Positions 7,557-16,391 of a stretch of DNA of 64,000 nucleotides are shown piece after piece. The DNA comes from Candidatus Multivorans sp. (lineage in GTDB: Bacteria > Acidobacteriota > Thermoanaerobaculia > Multivoradales > Multivoraceae): assembly GCA_965247095.1 (NCBI GenBank), contig OZ251997.1:1024001-1088000 (forward strand), given 5' to 3'. Position numbers and translations under genes: made by a program. The number at the start of each line of letters is the position of its first letter. Position 1 is the first letter of the stretch. The notes beneath the pieces are model-generated. The model worked only from the letters and a program-made list of their open reading frames with translations, made no database searches and had not been told where the DNA came from.

Positions 7557-9797
7557 GTGGAGTTCCGGATCGCAGACACCTTCACCGACAGCTTGGCGCG
7601 GCTTCGCGTCGATGAGCAGAAGGCGGCGAAGACGACGGCGTTCGACTTGCAGGTCGACCCGTCGCGGCCGGGTCTGCGGTTGCACCGGGTGGATTCGGCG
7701 CGGGACCGGAACTTCTGGTCGGCGCGGGCGGGCCGCGATCTGCGGATCATCGTCCACCGCACGTCGTCGAGCTTCCTGATCTGCTACGTCGATCATCACG
7801 ACGAGGCCTACCGGTGGGCTGAGCGGCGCCGGCTGGAGCGGCATCCTCGGACCGGTGCGGCGCAGTTGGTGGAGATTCGAGAGGTCGTGCGCGAGGTCGA
7901 AGCACCGCGATACGCGCCACCGCAGTGGGACGCAACTGGGGAGGCGGCAAAGGCTGGGACCTCAGAGACTTCGTCGGTCCCAAGTAGCGCGGAGGCAGTA
8001 TCGGTTCCTGAGGCGGTTCCTGGGACTGGACGGGGCGAGCCGGCAGCCGAACAGCTCCTCTTCGCCGACAAGACCGATGACGAACTCCTGGGCTACGGCG
8101 TGCCGCCGGATTGGCTTGACGAGGCCAAGTCGGCGACAGAAGAGTCGCTGCTTGAGTTGGCCGAGCACCTGCCGGCGGAAGCGGCCGAAGCGCTGCTTGA
8201 ATTGGCGACCGGCGGAACGCCCCCGGTTCGGGCGCCGCTGCCGCCCGATGTCGACGCATTCGCCCATCCGGATGCCGAGCGCCGCTTCCGGGTCGTGGCC
8301 GACCGTGAGGAGTTGGAGCGGGCGCTGGAAGCTCCGTGGGAAAAGTGGACCGTCTTCCTGCACCCCGCTCAAAGGACGTTGGTGGAACGGGACTACGGCG
8401 GGCCGGCGCGCGTTGCGGGGTCGGCTGGTACCGGCAAGACGATCGTGGCTTTGCACCGCGCTGTGCACCTGGCTGAGTCGGATTCCGATGCGCGGGTGTT
8501 ACTCGCTACGTTCTCGGAGCCACTGGCCGACGCCCTGCAGCGGCGGTTGCGCCTACTGATCGGCAACCGGCCTCGCCTGGGCGAGCGGATTGAGGTCCAG
8601 TCGATGGCCGGTCTTGCCCAGCGGCTCTATGAACTCAACATCGCTCCCCTCAAGCGGGTCACCGAAGAGCAGCAACACGAACTGCTGAGCCGGGCCGGAG
8701 CGGAAGTACCTGATCACGGCTTCTCGGATCGCTTCCTGTGGGCGGAGTGGAACGGTGTGGTCGATGCCTGGCAGTTGAAGAACTGGGACGAGTACCGAGC
8801 CGTTCCCCGACTCGGTCGTCGGACCCGACTCGCAGAAGCCCGCCGGAGGGTGCTCTGGGGCATCTTCGCCAAGGTGCGCGACGAACTGGAGCGGCAAGAT
8901 CTCGTGACGACGGCGGCCATGTTCGGGCGGCTGGAGACCCATTTCAATCAAGCGCCGAAGTCTCCGTTCGACTTCTACGTGATCGACGAGGCCCAGGACG
9001 TCAGCGTGGCCGAACTCCGGTTTCTGGCGGCGCTCAGCGAGGATCGGCCGAACAGCCTGTTCTTCGCCGGCGACCTGGGTCAGCGTATCTTCCGCGCCCC
9101 GTTCTCCTGGCGAAAGCTGGGCGTCGATGTCCGGGGACGGTCTCGGACCCTGCGGGTCAACTACCGCACCTCTCATCAGATTCGACGGCAGGCCGATCGC
9201 CTGCTGCCTGCGAAGATCGCGGATGTCGACGGCATCGAGGAGGACCGGCGCGGCACGGTTTCCGTGTTCAACGGACCCGAACCGGAGATTCGGGTTCTCG
9301 GGTCGGAGGCAGAGGAGATTGCGGCGGTCGGTGACTGGCTCCGCACTTTGTCAATGGCCAGCGGCGAAGCCGCAGGCAGCGGCTATGGTCACGCCACGAT
9401 CGGGCTCTTCGTCCGGTCGTCGACCGAGATCGTGCGAGCTCTCCAAGCGGTAGAGGCCGCTGGTCTGCAGGCGGTTCGTTTGGACGCGGGCGAGGTGGCC
9501 GCAGTCACTAGGGAGAGCGCAGGAGCCTCCAGCAACGGCTCGGTCCCGGCTCTGGTCGCCATCGGCACCATGCACCGGGCCAAGGGGCTGGAGTTCCGGG
9601 CCGTGGCGGTCATGGCTTGTGACGACGAAGTGTTGCCGCTCCAGGCGAGGATCGAGAACGTCGCCGACGAGGCGGACCTGGAGGACGTGTACGACACCGA
9701 GCGGCACCTGCTCTACGTTGCCTGTACTCGGGCCCGGGACCGGCTGCTCGTGGCCGGTGTGGATCCTGCGTCGGAGTTCCTGGACGATCTGGTGTGA
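7557..9797 (+). CDS. UvrD/Rep-like SF1 helicase with N-terminal RelE/ParE-like domain
   Basis: Motifs GSAGTGKT, IDEAQD, GDLGQRIF, NYRT, TMHRAKGLEF and LLYVACTRAR. The first ~90 aa (F.DSLARL...PGLRLHRV...FWSAR..RDLRIIV...YVDHHDEAY) look like a RelE fold. Confidence 0.88.
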   Translation: MEFRIADTFTDSLARLRVDEQKAAKTTAFDLQVDPSRPGLRLHRVDSARDRNFWSARAGRDLRIIVHRTSSSFLICYVDHHDEAYRWAERRRLERHPRTGAAQLVEIREVVREVEAPRYAPPQWDATGEAAKAGTSETSSVPSSAEAVSVPEAVPGTGRGEPAAEQLLFADKTDDELLGYGVPPDWLDEAKSATEESLLELAEHLPAEAAEALLELATGGTPPVRAPLPPDVDAFAHPDAERRFRVVADREELERALEAPWEKWTVFLHPAQRTLVERDYGGPARVAGSAGTGKTIVALHRAVHLAESDSDARVLLATFSEPLADALQRRLRLLIGNRPRLGERIEVQSMAGLAQRLYELNIAPLKRVTEEQQHELLSRAGAEVPDHGFSDRFLWAEWNGVVDAWQLKNWDEYRAVPRLGRRTRLAEARRRVLWGIFAKVRDELERQDLVTTAAMFGRLETHFNQAPKSPFDFYVIDEAQDVSVAELRFLAALSEDRPNSLFFAGDLGQRIFRAPFSWRKLGVDVRGRSRTLRVNYRTSHQIRRQADRLLPAKIADVDGIEEDRRGTVSVFNGPEPEIRVLGSEAEEIAAVGDWLRTLSMASGEAAGSGYGHATIGLFVRSSTEIVRALQAVEAAGLQAVRLDAGEVAAVTRESAGASSNGSVPALVAIGTMHRAKGLEFRAVAVMACDDEVLPLQARIENVADEADLEDVYDTERHLLYVACTRARDRLLVAGVDPASEFLDDLV

Positions 9798-9835
9798 GCG
9801 GTGAGCGCCCGTCCCGGTTGTAGGCTGGAGGCCTT

Positions 9836-10909
9836 ATGACGGCGATCAGCAGCCTCACGATCGAGGGGTTCAAGAGCTTCCGGAACCTGGAGCGGCTCGA
9901 ACTCGGTTCCCTGAACGTCCTGATCGGGGCCAACGGGTCAGGGAAGTCGAACTTGATCGCCGCATTCGCACTGCTCGCCAAGACGTGCAGCGCTCAGCAG
10001 CTCTCCGACCACGTCCAGTGGGCTGGCGGCGCCGGCCGCCTCCTTCACTACGGGGCCAAGGCAACGCAGAGCATCCGGTTTGAGGTCAGGTTCGAGGATG
10101 GACAGGCCGATTTCACGCTTCTTCTGCGGTACGGCGCCGAGGATCGGCTCTTCTCCAATCTTCGGGTTGAGACGGGCGCGTTGCCACCGAACTTCGCCGA
10201 ACAGTTCGAACCGCAGTCGGGTCTCGTCCCCGCATCCGAGTTCCTCAGCCTGAGACTGGCAGGCTGGCAGGCGTATCACTTCGCTGACACGACTCCTGAA
10301 TCGGGCGTAAAGGGAACGCCGAACCTGGACGACAACCGGCGCTTGCGGTCCGACGGCGCCAACCTCGCCGCGTTCCTGTACCTCCTGCAGGTGAGGCACA
10401 AGAGCGCCTACGTCCAGATCCGCCGCACGGTCCAGTTGGCGGCCCCCTTCTTCGATGATTTCGTTCTCGCGCCGCGGTCGCTGAACCCCGACACGATCCA
10501 ACTCGAGTGGCGGCATCGTCGCTCGGAAGCCCACTTTGGCGCTTCCGCGCTGTCGGACGGCACCCTGCGGTTCATGGCGCTTGCGACGCTGCTCCTGCAG
10601 CCCGTCGAGATGCGGCCCAAGCTGATCCTGATCGACGAGCCGGAGCTGGGGCTGCACCCTTACGCGATCGGGCTTCTCGCTTCGATGGTCCGTAGCGCTT
10701 CCGTCGACACCCAAGTCATCGTGGCGACGCAGTCTCCGATCCTGCTCGACTACTTCGAGCCCGAGGAGGTCCTGGTAGCCGAGAGAAAGGGCAAAGAGAC
10801 GAAGCTGAGGCGTCTTGAGGCGGCGCCGCTCAGCGTCTGGCTTGAGGACTACAGCCTGGGCCAGCTCTGGGAAAAGAACGAACTCGGCGGTCGGCCGGGA
10901 AGCGAGTAG
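9836..10909 (+). CDS. ABC-type ATPase (AAA_21 family)
   Basis: GANGSGKSN, LSDGTLRF, LIDEPELGLHP and ATQS motifs, with a GGAGG RBS. Confidence 0.9.
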   Translation: MTAISSLTIEGFKSFRNLERLELGSLNVLIGANGSGKSNLIAAFALLAKTCSAQQLSDHVQWAGGAGRLLHYGAKATQSIRFEVRFEDGQADFTLLLRYGAEDRLFSNLRVETGALPPNFAEQFEPQSGLVPASEFLSLRLAGWQAYHFADTTPESGVKGTPNLDDNRRLRSDGANLAAFLYLLQVRHKSAYVQIRRTVQLAAPFFDDFVLAPRSLNPDTIQLEWRHRRSEAHFGASALSDGTLRFMALATLLLQPVEMRPKLILIDEPELGLHPYAIGLLASMVRSASVDTQVIVATQSPILLDYFEPEEVLVAERKGKETKLRRLEAAPLSVWLEDYSLGQLWEKNELGGRPGSE

Positions 10910-11610
10910 TGGCGAGACTGCTGCTTCACGTGGAGGGCCAGACCGAAGAGGACTTCGCGAACAAACTCCTTCGCGACCATCTGGTCTCACAGGGCTATTC
11001 CTCCGTCGGGGCAAGGCTGATGGGGCCGGCACGTCAGCGCGGGAGGAGGGGAGGCGTGCGTCCGTGGCCGAGCGCCTTGAAGGACATCTGCAAGCACCTG
11101 AAGCAGGATCCTCACTGCATCGCGGGAACGATGGTCGACTACTACGGGCTTCCCGCGGACGGTAGAGGAGCTTGGCCCGGGCGCTCGACAGCCTCCAGAA
11201 AGGTTCGGACGACCGCGGCCAGAGCGGACACAGTGGAGCGAGCCTTGGCCGACGCCGTGTCCGAGGCCATGGGAAGCGGCTTCGACCAGCGGCGCTTCGT
11301 GCCCTACGTGATGATGCACGAGTTTGAGGCCATGCTCTTCAGCGACTGTTCCGGATTCGGGCTAGCCGTAGGACGACCGGACTTGACACGCGAACTGCGG
11401 AAGATACGAGACGCCTTCGAGAGCCCCGAGGACATCGACGACAGCCAGGAGACGGCGCCGTCGAAACGCATCCTGCGCCTACTTCCGAGCTACAACAAGC
11501 CGGTGATGGGCAACCAGGGAGTGCTCCAGATCGGCCTGGACACGATCCGTCGCGAGTGCCCCCACCTGAGCGCATGGCTGCGCTGCCTGGAGGAACTGGG
11601 GCGAGGCTAG
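10909..11610 (+). CDS. DUF4276 family protein (TOPRIM-like, ATPase-coupled)
   Basis: TAGTG overlap with the ATPase. Motifs VEGQTEE, MVDYYGLP, MHEFEAMLF and CPHLSAW. Confidence 0.85.
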   Translation: MARLLLHVEGQTEEDFANKLLRDHLVSQGYSSVGARLMGPARQRGRRGGVRPWPSALKDICKHLKQDPHCIAGTMVDYYGLPADGRGAWPGRSTASRKVRTTAARADTVERALADAVSEAMGSGFDQRRFVPYVMMHEFEAMLFSDCSGFGLAVGRPDLTRELRKIRDAFESPEDIDDSQETAPSKRILRLLPSYNKPVMGNQGVLQIGLDTIRRECPHLSAWLRCLEELGRG

Positions 11611-11703
11611 GGTCTTCCGTCGCGGTGCGCTTCGGATCGCCTACGGGCTCACAGACCGTCTGGGGCACCTGCGGCGCCACAAGCAGGCCGCGGGTGTCGA
11701 ACG

Positions 11704-11735
11704 CCGGATGCGGGCAAGATGCCCGCGTTCCCAGG
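11704..11735. repeat. REP-like palindromic repeat
   Basis: CCGGATGCGGGCAAGATGCCCGCGTTCCCAGG is 31/32 identical to the reverse complement of 34987-35018. Hairpin GCGGGCA-aga-TGCCCGC. Confidence 0.8.
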
Positions 11736-11865
11736 ATTCGAGTGCGCCAAGTCGTCCTGCCGTACAAGCTCGTGGGCTGGAGTGACGTAGACTCCCGCCG
11801 CCCCGCCACCCGCGAAGGAAGCGCCGGGCCTGGTCCGCGCACACTTCCTCGACAGGAGATTCTTG

Positions 11866-12291
11866 ATGGCACTCAGCACCTACCTGACCTTCGACGGCAA
11901 CTGCCGGGACGCGTTCGAGTTCTACCGCTCCGTGTTCGGCGGCGAGTACCAGGTCTTCACGACCTTCGGCGAAGGGCCGGACGACATGGGGGTGGGAGAC
12001 GACGAGAAGGATCGCGTCATGCACGTCTCCCTGCCGGTCGGCGACTGCGTCCTCATGGGGAGCGACAGCAGCCCGCACTTTGGGCCGCCGCTTCAGGTCG
12101 GCAACAACTTCTCGATCTCGGTCGCGGCGGAGAGCCGGGAGCACGCCGACACGCTCCACGCCGGGCTGTCGGAGGGAGGCGTGGCGGCCATGCCGATGGA
12201 GGAGACGTTCTGGGGCTCCTACTTCGGGATGTGCACCGACCGTTTCGGCATCAACTGGATGGTGTCGCACGAACTGGAACCGGCCCAATAG
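11866..12291 (+). CDS. VOC/glyoxalase family protein, PhnB-like
   Basis: YLTFDGNCRDAFEFY...MPMEETFWGSYFGMCTDRFGINW, with an AGGAG RBS. Confidence 0.9.
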   Translation: MALSTYLTFDGNCRDAFEFYRSVFGGEYQVFTTFGEGPDDMGVGDDEKDRVMHVSLPVGDCVLMGSDSSPHFGPPLQVGNNFSISVAAESREHADTLHAGLSEGGVAAMPMEETFWGSYFGMCTDRFGINWMVSHELEPAQ

Positions 12292-12330
12292 ATCCCGGAA
12301 GGACGTAGATCTCAGGGAGGCCACCTCGTC

Positions 12331-13434
12331 ATGACCGCCATCTCGCCCCACGACGGCCCCGTCGCCGTCAGCGGCTGCTCCGGCTTCACCGGCGGCCACA
12401 TGGTTCGCGAACTCGTGATCCATGGCTACCAGGTGCGGGCCTGTCTCAGGGACGCGGATTCCTGGCGCGGCCGGGACTGCGTCGCGTACCTGAGCCGGCT
12501 GCCGAACGTGGAACTGGTAGACGGTTGCGACCTGTTCTCACCCGGGTCGTACGACGAGGCGTTCGCCGGTTGCTCGGCTGTGTTCCACGTCGCGGCGGTC
12601 CTCGGCAACTCGGCCGACGGCAAGTCCCAGCCGCTGGGCTCGGGCGATGTCGTGACGGACGTCTACGAGGGCGGCCTTGCCGGTACCCAGAACGTGATCG
12701 ACGCGATCAACCGGAGCGGTAGCGTGAAACGCCTCGTCTACACGAGTTCGATGGCAGCGGTCTCGGGTCTCCGAGCTCCGACGATGCCTGAGGGCTACGA
12801 GTGGACCGAGACGGATTGGGCTTCCGACAACGTGGCGCCCGAGGTCTGGCAGCACCGGCGGAACTCCTACGCCCGCAGCAAGGTGGACACCGAGCGGCTG
12901 CTCAACCGGGCCGCGGACGAGAGCGGCGGTCGCTGGGACGTGGTCACGATGAACCCGGCGATGATCTGCGGGCCTATCCTGTTCAAGGCCCAGGTCGGCC
13001 AGTGGATCGAGCAGATCGGCCGTCTGGCCGCGGGGCTGGAACCGTCCTGGCCGACGCCGTACGACATGTACTACAACATCATCGACGTGCGCGATCTGGT
13101 GAAGGCGGAGCGTCTGGCCGCCGAGTCGCCGGTGGATCACTCGGCCACCCATGGCGGCAGCCGCTACATCCTGCACGGTAGCGGCGGACGCTCGGCGCTG
13201 CGGTTGAGTACCGAAGTTGCCGACATCATCCGGGAGGCCTTCCCATCCTTCGTCGTCGGCGAGCCCGCGGTTTCGGAGAACGGCGGGCCACCCCGGCCGA
13301 AGACCGTCAACCACTGCCGGAAGGCCACGTCGGTCCTCGGCGCAACCGTCCGGCCGGTAGAGGACACGATCCAGGCGGTGGTGGAGACCTCGGTTGAGCT
13401 GGGCGTGATCACGCCGCAGTTGAGGGACGCCTGA
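12331..13434 (+). CDS. NAD-dependent epimerase/dehydratase (extended SDR, dihydroflavonol-reductase-like)
   Basis: GCSGFTG Rossmann motif, TSS and YARSK catalytic motifs. Confidence 0.88.
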   Translation: MTAISPHDGPVAVSGCSGFTGGHMVRELVIHGYQVRACLRDADSWRGRDCVAYLSRLPNVELVDGCDLFSPGSYDEAFAGCSAVFHVAAVLGNSADGKSQPLGSGDVVTDVYEGGLAGTQNVIDAINRSGSVKRLVYTSSMAAVSGLRAPTMPEGYEWTETDWASDNVAPEVWQHRRNSYARSKVDTERLLNRAADESGGRWDVVTMNPAMICGPILFKAQVGQWIEQIGRLAAGLEPSWPTPYDMYYNIIDVRDLVKAERLAAESPVDHSATHGGSRYILHGSGGRSALRLSTEVADIIREAFPSFVVGEPAVSENGGPPRPKTVNHCRKATSVLGATVRPVEDTIQAVVETSVELGVITPQLRDA

Positions 13435-13442
13435 TCCGGTTC

Positions 13443-14816
13443 GTGGGCTTCCGGCTGCTCGCTGCCAGGACGAGCGCCGCCTTCTACGGTGTGGCCCTGG
13501 CGACCTCGCCGACACTCCGCGCCGACGACCCGAACCCCGGGCGCAACCGGGTCGCGGTGGCGGAGAACCTGCCCGTAACGTGGGATGTCAGCTCCGGTGA
13601 GGGTGTCCTGTGGTCGGCCGAACTTGGCACCGTCACCTACGGCGGCCCCACGGTCGCCGGCGATCTGGTGGTCGTGGGAACGAACAACGAGCGACCGCGC
13701 GACCCGGAGGCGACGGGCGATCGGGGCGTCCTGATGGCCTTCGACCGTTCCTCTGGCAGCTTCCGGTGGCAGATCACCCACGAGAAGCTGGAGACCGGGG
13801 AGGCGAACGACTGGCCGTTGCAGGGCGTCTGCTCGACCCCGGCCTTCGACGGCGAACGGCTCTACTACGTCTCCAACCGGGGCCAACTCGCGGCGGTGGA
13901 CCTTGCGGGCGGCGCCGTCTGGTCGCTGGACATGGTGGCCGAGTGGGGTGTGTTCCCGAAGCACATGGCGGCCTCAACACCGCTTGGGGTGGGGGAACTC
14001 GTGTTCGCTGCGACCAGCAACGGGCTGACCGACGACGGGCGGGTTCCTGCCCCAGATGCGCCCAGCTTCGCTGCGGTGGAGCGGTCAAACGGCCGCCTCG
14101 TGTGGAGCGACGCGAGCCCCGGTGGCGGCCTGATCGACGGCCAGTGGGGGAGTCCGGCGCATGGCCGGGTGAGTGGCCGTGACCAGGTGATCTTTCCGGG
14201 AGGCGACGGCTGGCTCTATGCCTTCGATCCGGCGACGGGCCGCGCCCTGTGGCGCTTCGACGGCAACTCGGCCACGAGCGCTGACGACACCACGAGCACC
14301 GCGCGCGCCGCGAACCGCCACGCGTTCGTTGCAACGCCCGTCCTGCACGAGGACACGGTCTACATCGCGGTGGGCCGCGATCCGGAGGTATCCCTTCGCC
14401 CGGGCGTGCTGTGGGCAATCGACGCCGGCGGCAGCGGCGACGTCACCGCGAGCGGTGTCCGGTGGCGGTTCGAGGATCCGGACTTCGGGCGCGTGATCGC
14501 CACCGTGGCGGTTGCCGGCGGTGTTCTCTACGTGGCGGACTTGAACGGTTTCCTGTTCGCGCTCGACGCGGACACCGGCGAGAAGCTGTGGGTCTACGAC
14601 GCTCTGGCGCCGTTCTGGAGTTCTCCCCTGGTCGCGGACGGCAAGGTCTACGCGGCCGACACGGAGGGCGATGTGGCGGTCCTGCGCGGCGGCCGGACGC
14701 TCGACGTGCTTGCGGAGAACGTCATGCCACAGGCGGTCTACGGGTCGCCGGTGGCTGAAGGCTCGGTCCTGTACCTCGCAACCAGCGACACGCTCTACGC
14801 GCTTCAGACCCTTTGA
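13443..14816 (+). CDS. Secreted PQQ-like (BamB-type) beta-propeller repeat protein
   Basis: Repeated A.D..TG...W tryptophan-docking motifs and S.P turns. Paralogous to the next gene (shared NDWPLQGVCSTP and FPGGDGWLY). Confidence 0.85.
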   Translation: MGFRLLAARTSAAFYGVALATSPTLRADDPNPGRNRVAVAENLPVTWDVSSGEGVLWSAELGTVTYGGPTVAGDLVVVGTNNERPRDPEATGDRGVLMAFDRSSGSFRWQITHEKLETGEANDWPLQGVCSTPAFDGERLYYVSNRGQLAAVDLAGGAVWSLDMVAEWGVFPKHMAASTPLGVGELVFAATSNGLTDDGRVPAPDAPSFAAVERSNGRLVWSDASPGGGLIDGQWGSPAHGRVSGRDQVIFPGGDGWLYAFDPATGRALWRFDGNSATSADDTTSTARAANRHAFVATPVLHEDTVYIAVGRDPEVSLRPGVLWAIDAGGSGDVTASGVRWRFEDPDFGRVIATVAVAGGVLYVADLNGFLFALDADTGEKLWVYDALAPFWSSPLVADGKVYAADTEGDVAVLRGGRTLDVLAENVMPQAVYGSPVAEGSVLYLATSDTLYALQTL

Positions 14817-14931
14817 TACCGTTGCCGCCCTTCGGCGGCGCGGGTGCGGTGACCGGTCGTCGTGGCCGCATTCTCCTGTTCCTCCTTGGCAGCATTCCCA
14901 CACGTTCATTCGACCTACGGACTGGATCACC

Positions 14932-16371
14932 ATGAAGTCTCGACTTTCTCTTCTCCAGGCGCTCCTTCTCGCGGGGACGGCATCGGCGCCGATCGCGGCG
15001 GCTGAACCCGAGCCGCCGGCCATGTTCGGCAACACGCCTTCGCGGAACATGGTCTCCGACGCCAAGAACCTCCCGACGGAGTGGGATGTGCGGAGCGGCG
15101 AGAACATCGTGTGGCGGGCCAAGGTCGGCTCGCAGACGTACGCCGGCCCGGTGGTTCGTGACGGACGAGTGTTCGTCGGAACGAACAACGAAGGTCTTCG
15201 GCGCGGCGGCGTCGAGGGCGACAAGGGAGTCGTCATTGCTCTCGACAAGGCGACGGGCGCACTCCTGTGGCAGGCGACCCACGACAAGCTGGGGGCCGGC
15301 CGGGTCAACGACTGGCCGTTGCAGGGGGTGTGCTCCACGCCGTACATCGAGGACGAACGGGTCTACTACATCTCGAACCGCGCCACGGTCGTGGCCGTGG
15401 ACGTGGACGGCTTCCGCGACGGCAAGAACGACGGCATGACCGACGAGCAGTACCGCGAGGAACTCGACGCCGACATCGTGTGGGAGTACGACATGATCGC
15501 CGAGCTCGACGTGTTCCCGCACAACCTGGCCGCCGGTTCGCCCCTGGTCATCGGCGACCTGCTGTTCACGGTCACCGGCGCCGGGGTCGACGAGGGGCAT
15601 ATCAACCTCCCCTCGCCGGCGTCGCCGACCTTCATTGCGCTCGACAAGAACACCGGCGAACTGGTCTGGGAGAGCATCCTCGGCAGCGACGCGGTCCTGC
15701 ACGGATCCTGGTCGAACCCGGCGTACGGAGTCGTCGACGGACAGCGGCAGGTCGCCTTCCCAGGTGGCGACGGCTGGCTCTACACCTATGAGCCCGCGAC
15801 CGGCAAGCTGCTGTGGAAGTTCGACCTGAACCCCAAGGACTCGGTCTGGGAACTGGGGGGCGGAGGCACCCGCAACAACATCATCTCGACGCCGGTCTTC
15901 TACAACAACCGCTTCTACCTGGGCGTCGGTCAGGATCCCGAGCACGGTGAGGGACAGGGACACTTCTACGCCCTGGACGCGAACGTCGAAGGCGACGTGA
16001 CCGACAGCGCGGTCTTCTGGCACTTCGGCGGCGAGGAGTTCAACCGCACGATCTCGACCGCGGCCATCGCAGACGGTCTGCTCTACATCACCGACCTGAG
16101 CGGCTTCCTCTACGTACTCGATGTTGCGACGGGCGAGCACCTCTGGACCCACGACACGTTCGCCGCCGTGTGGGGCTCTCCCTTCGTGGCGGACGGCAAG
16201 GTCTATCTCGGTGACGAGGACGGGGACATCGTCGTGCTCGAGGCGGGTCGGGAAGAGAAGGTGATCGCCGAGCAGAACATGGGGTCGGCGGTGTACACGA
16301 CGCCGGTTGCCGAGGACGGCCGAATCTATGTGGCCACCCGCTCCGACGTGTTCGCCATCGGATCGAAGTAG
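14932..16371 (+). CDS. Secreted PQQ-like beta-propeller repeat protein
   Basis: Signal peptide MKSRLSLLQALLLAGTASAPIAA from ATG 14932, and multiple ALDK.TG.L.W repeats. Confidence 0.88.
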   Translation: MKSRLSLLQALLLAGTASAPIAAAEPEPPAMFGNTPSRNMVSDAKNLPTEWDVRSGENIVWRAKVGSQTYAGPVVRDGRVFVGTNNEGLRRGGVEGDKGVVIALDKATGALLWQATHDKLGAGRVNDWPLQGVCSTPYIEDERVYYISNRATVVAVDVDGFRDGKNDGMTDEQYREELDADIVWEYDMIAELDVFPHNLAAGSPLVIGDLLFTVTGAGVDEGHINLPSPASPTFIALDKNTGELVWESILGSDAVLHGSWSNPAYGVVDGQRQVAFPGGDGWLYTYEPATGKLLWKFDLNPKDSVWELGGGGTRNNIISTPVFYNNRFYLGVGQDPEHGEGQGHFYALDANVEGDVTDSAVFWHFGGEEFNRTISTAAIADGLLYITDLSGFLYVLDVATGEHLWTHDTFAAVWGSPFVADGKVYLGDEDGDIVVLEAGREEKVIAEQNMGSAVYTTPVAEDGRIYVATRSDVFAIGSK

Positions 16372-16391
16372 GGGGCCGCGCCGAAACAGCC

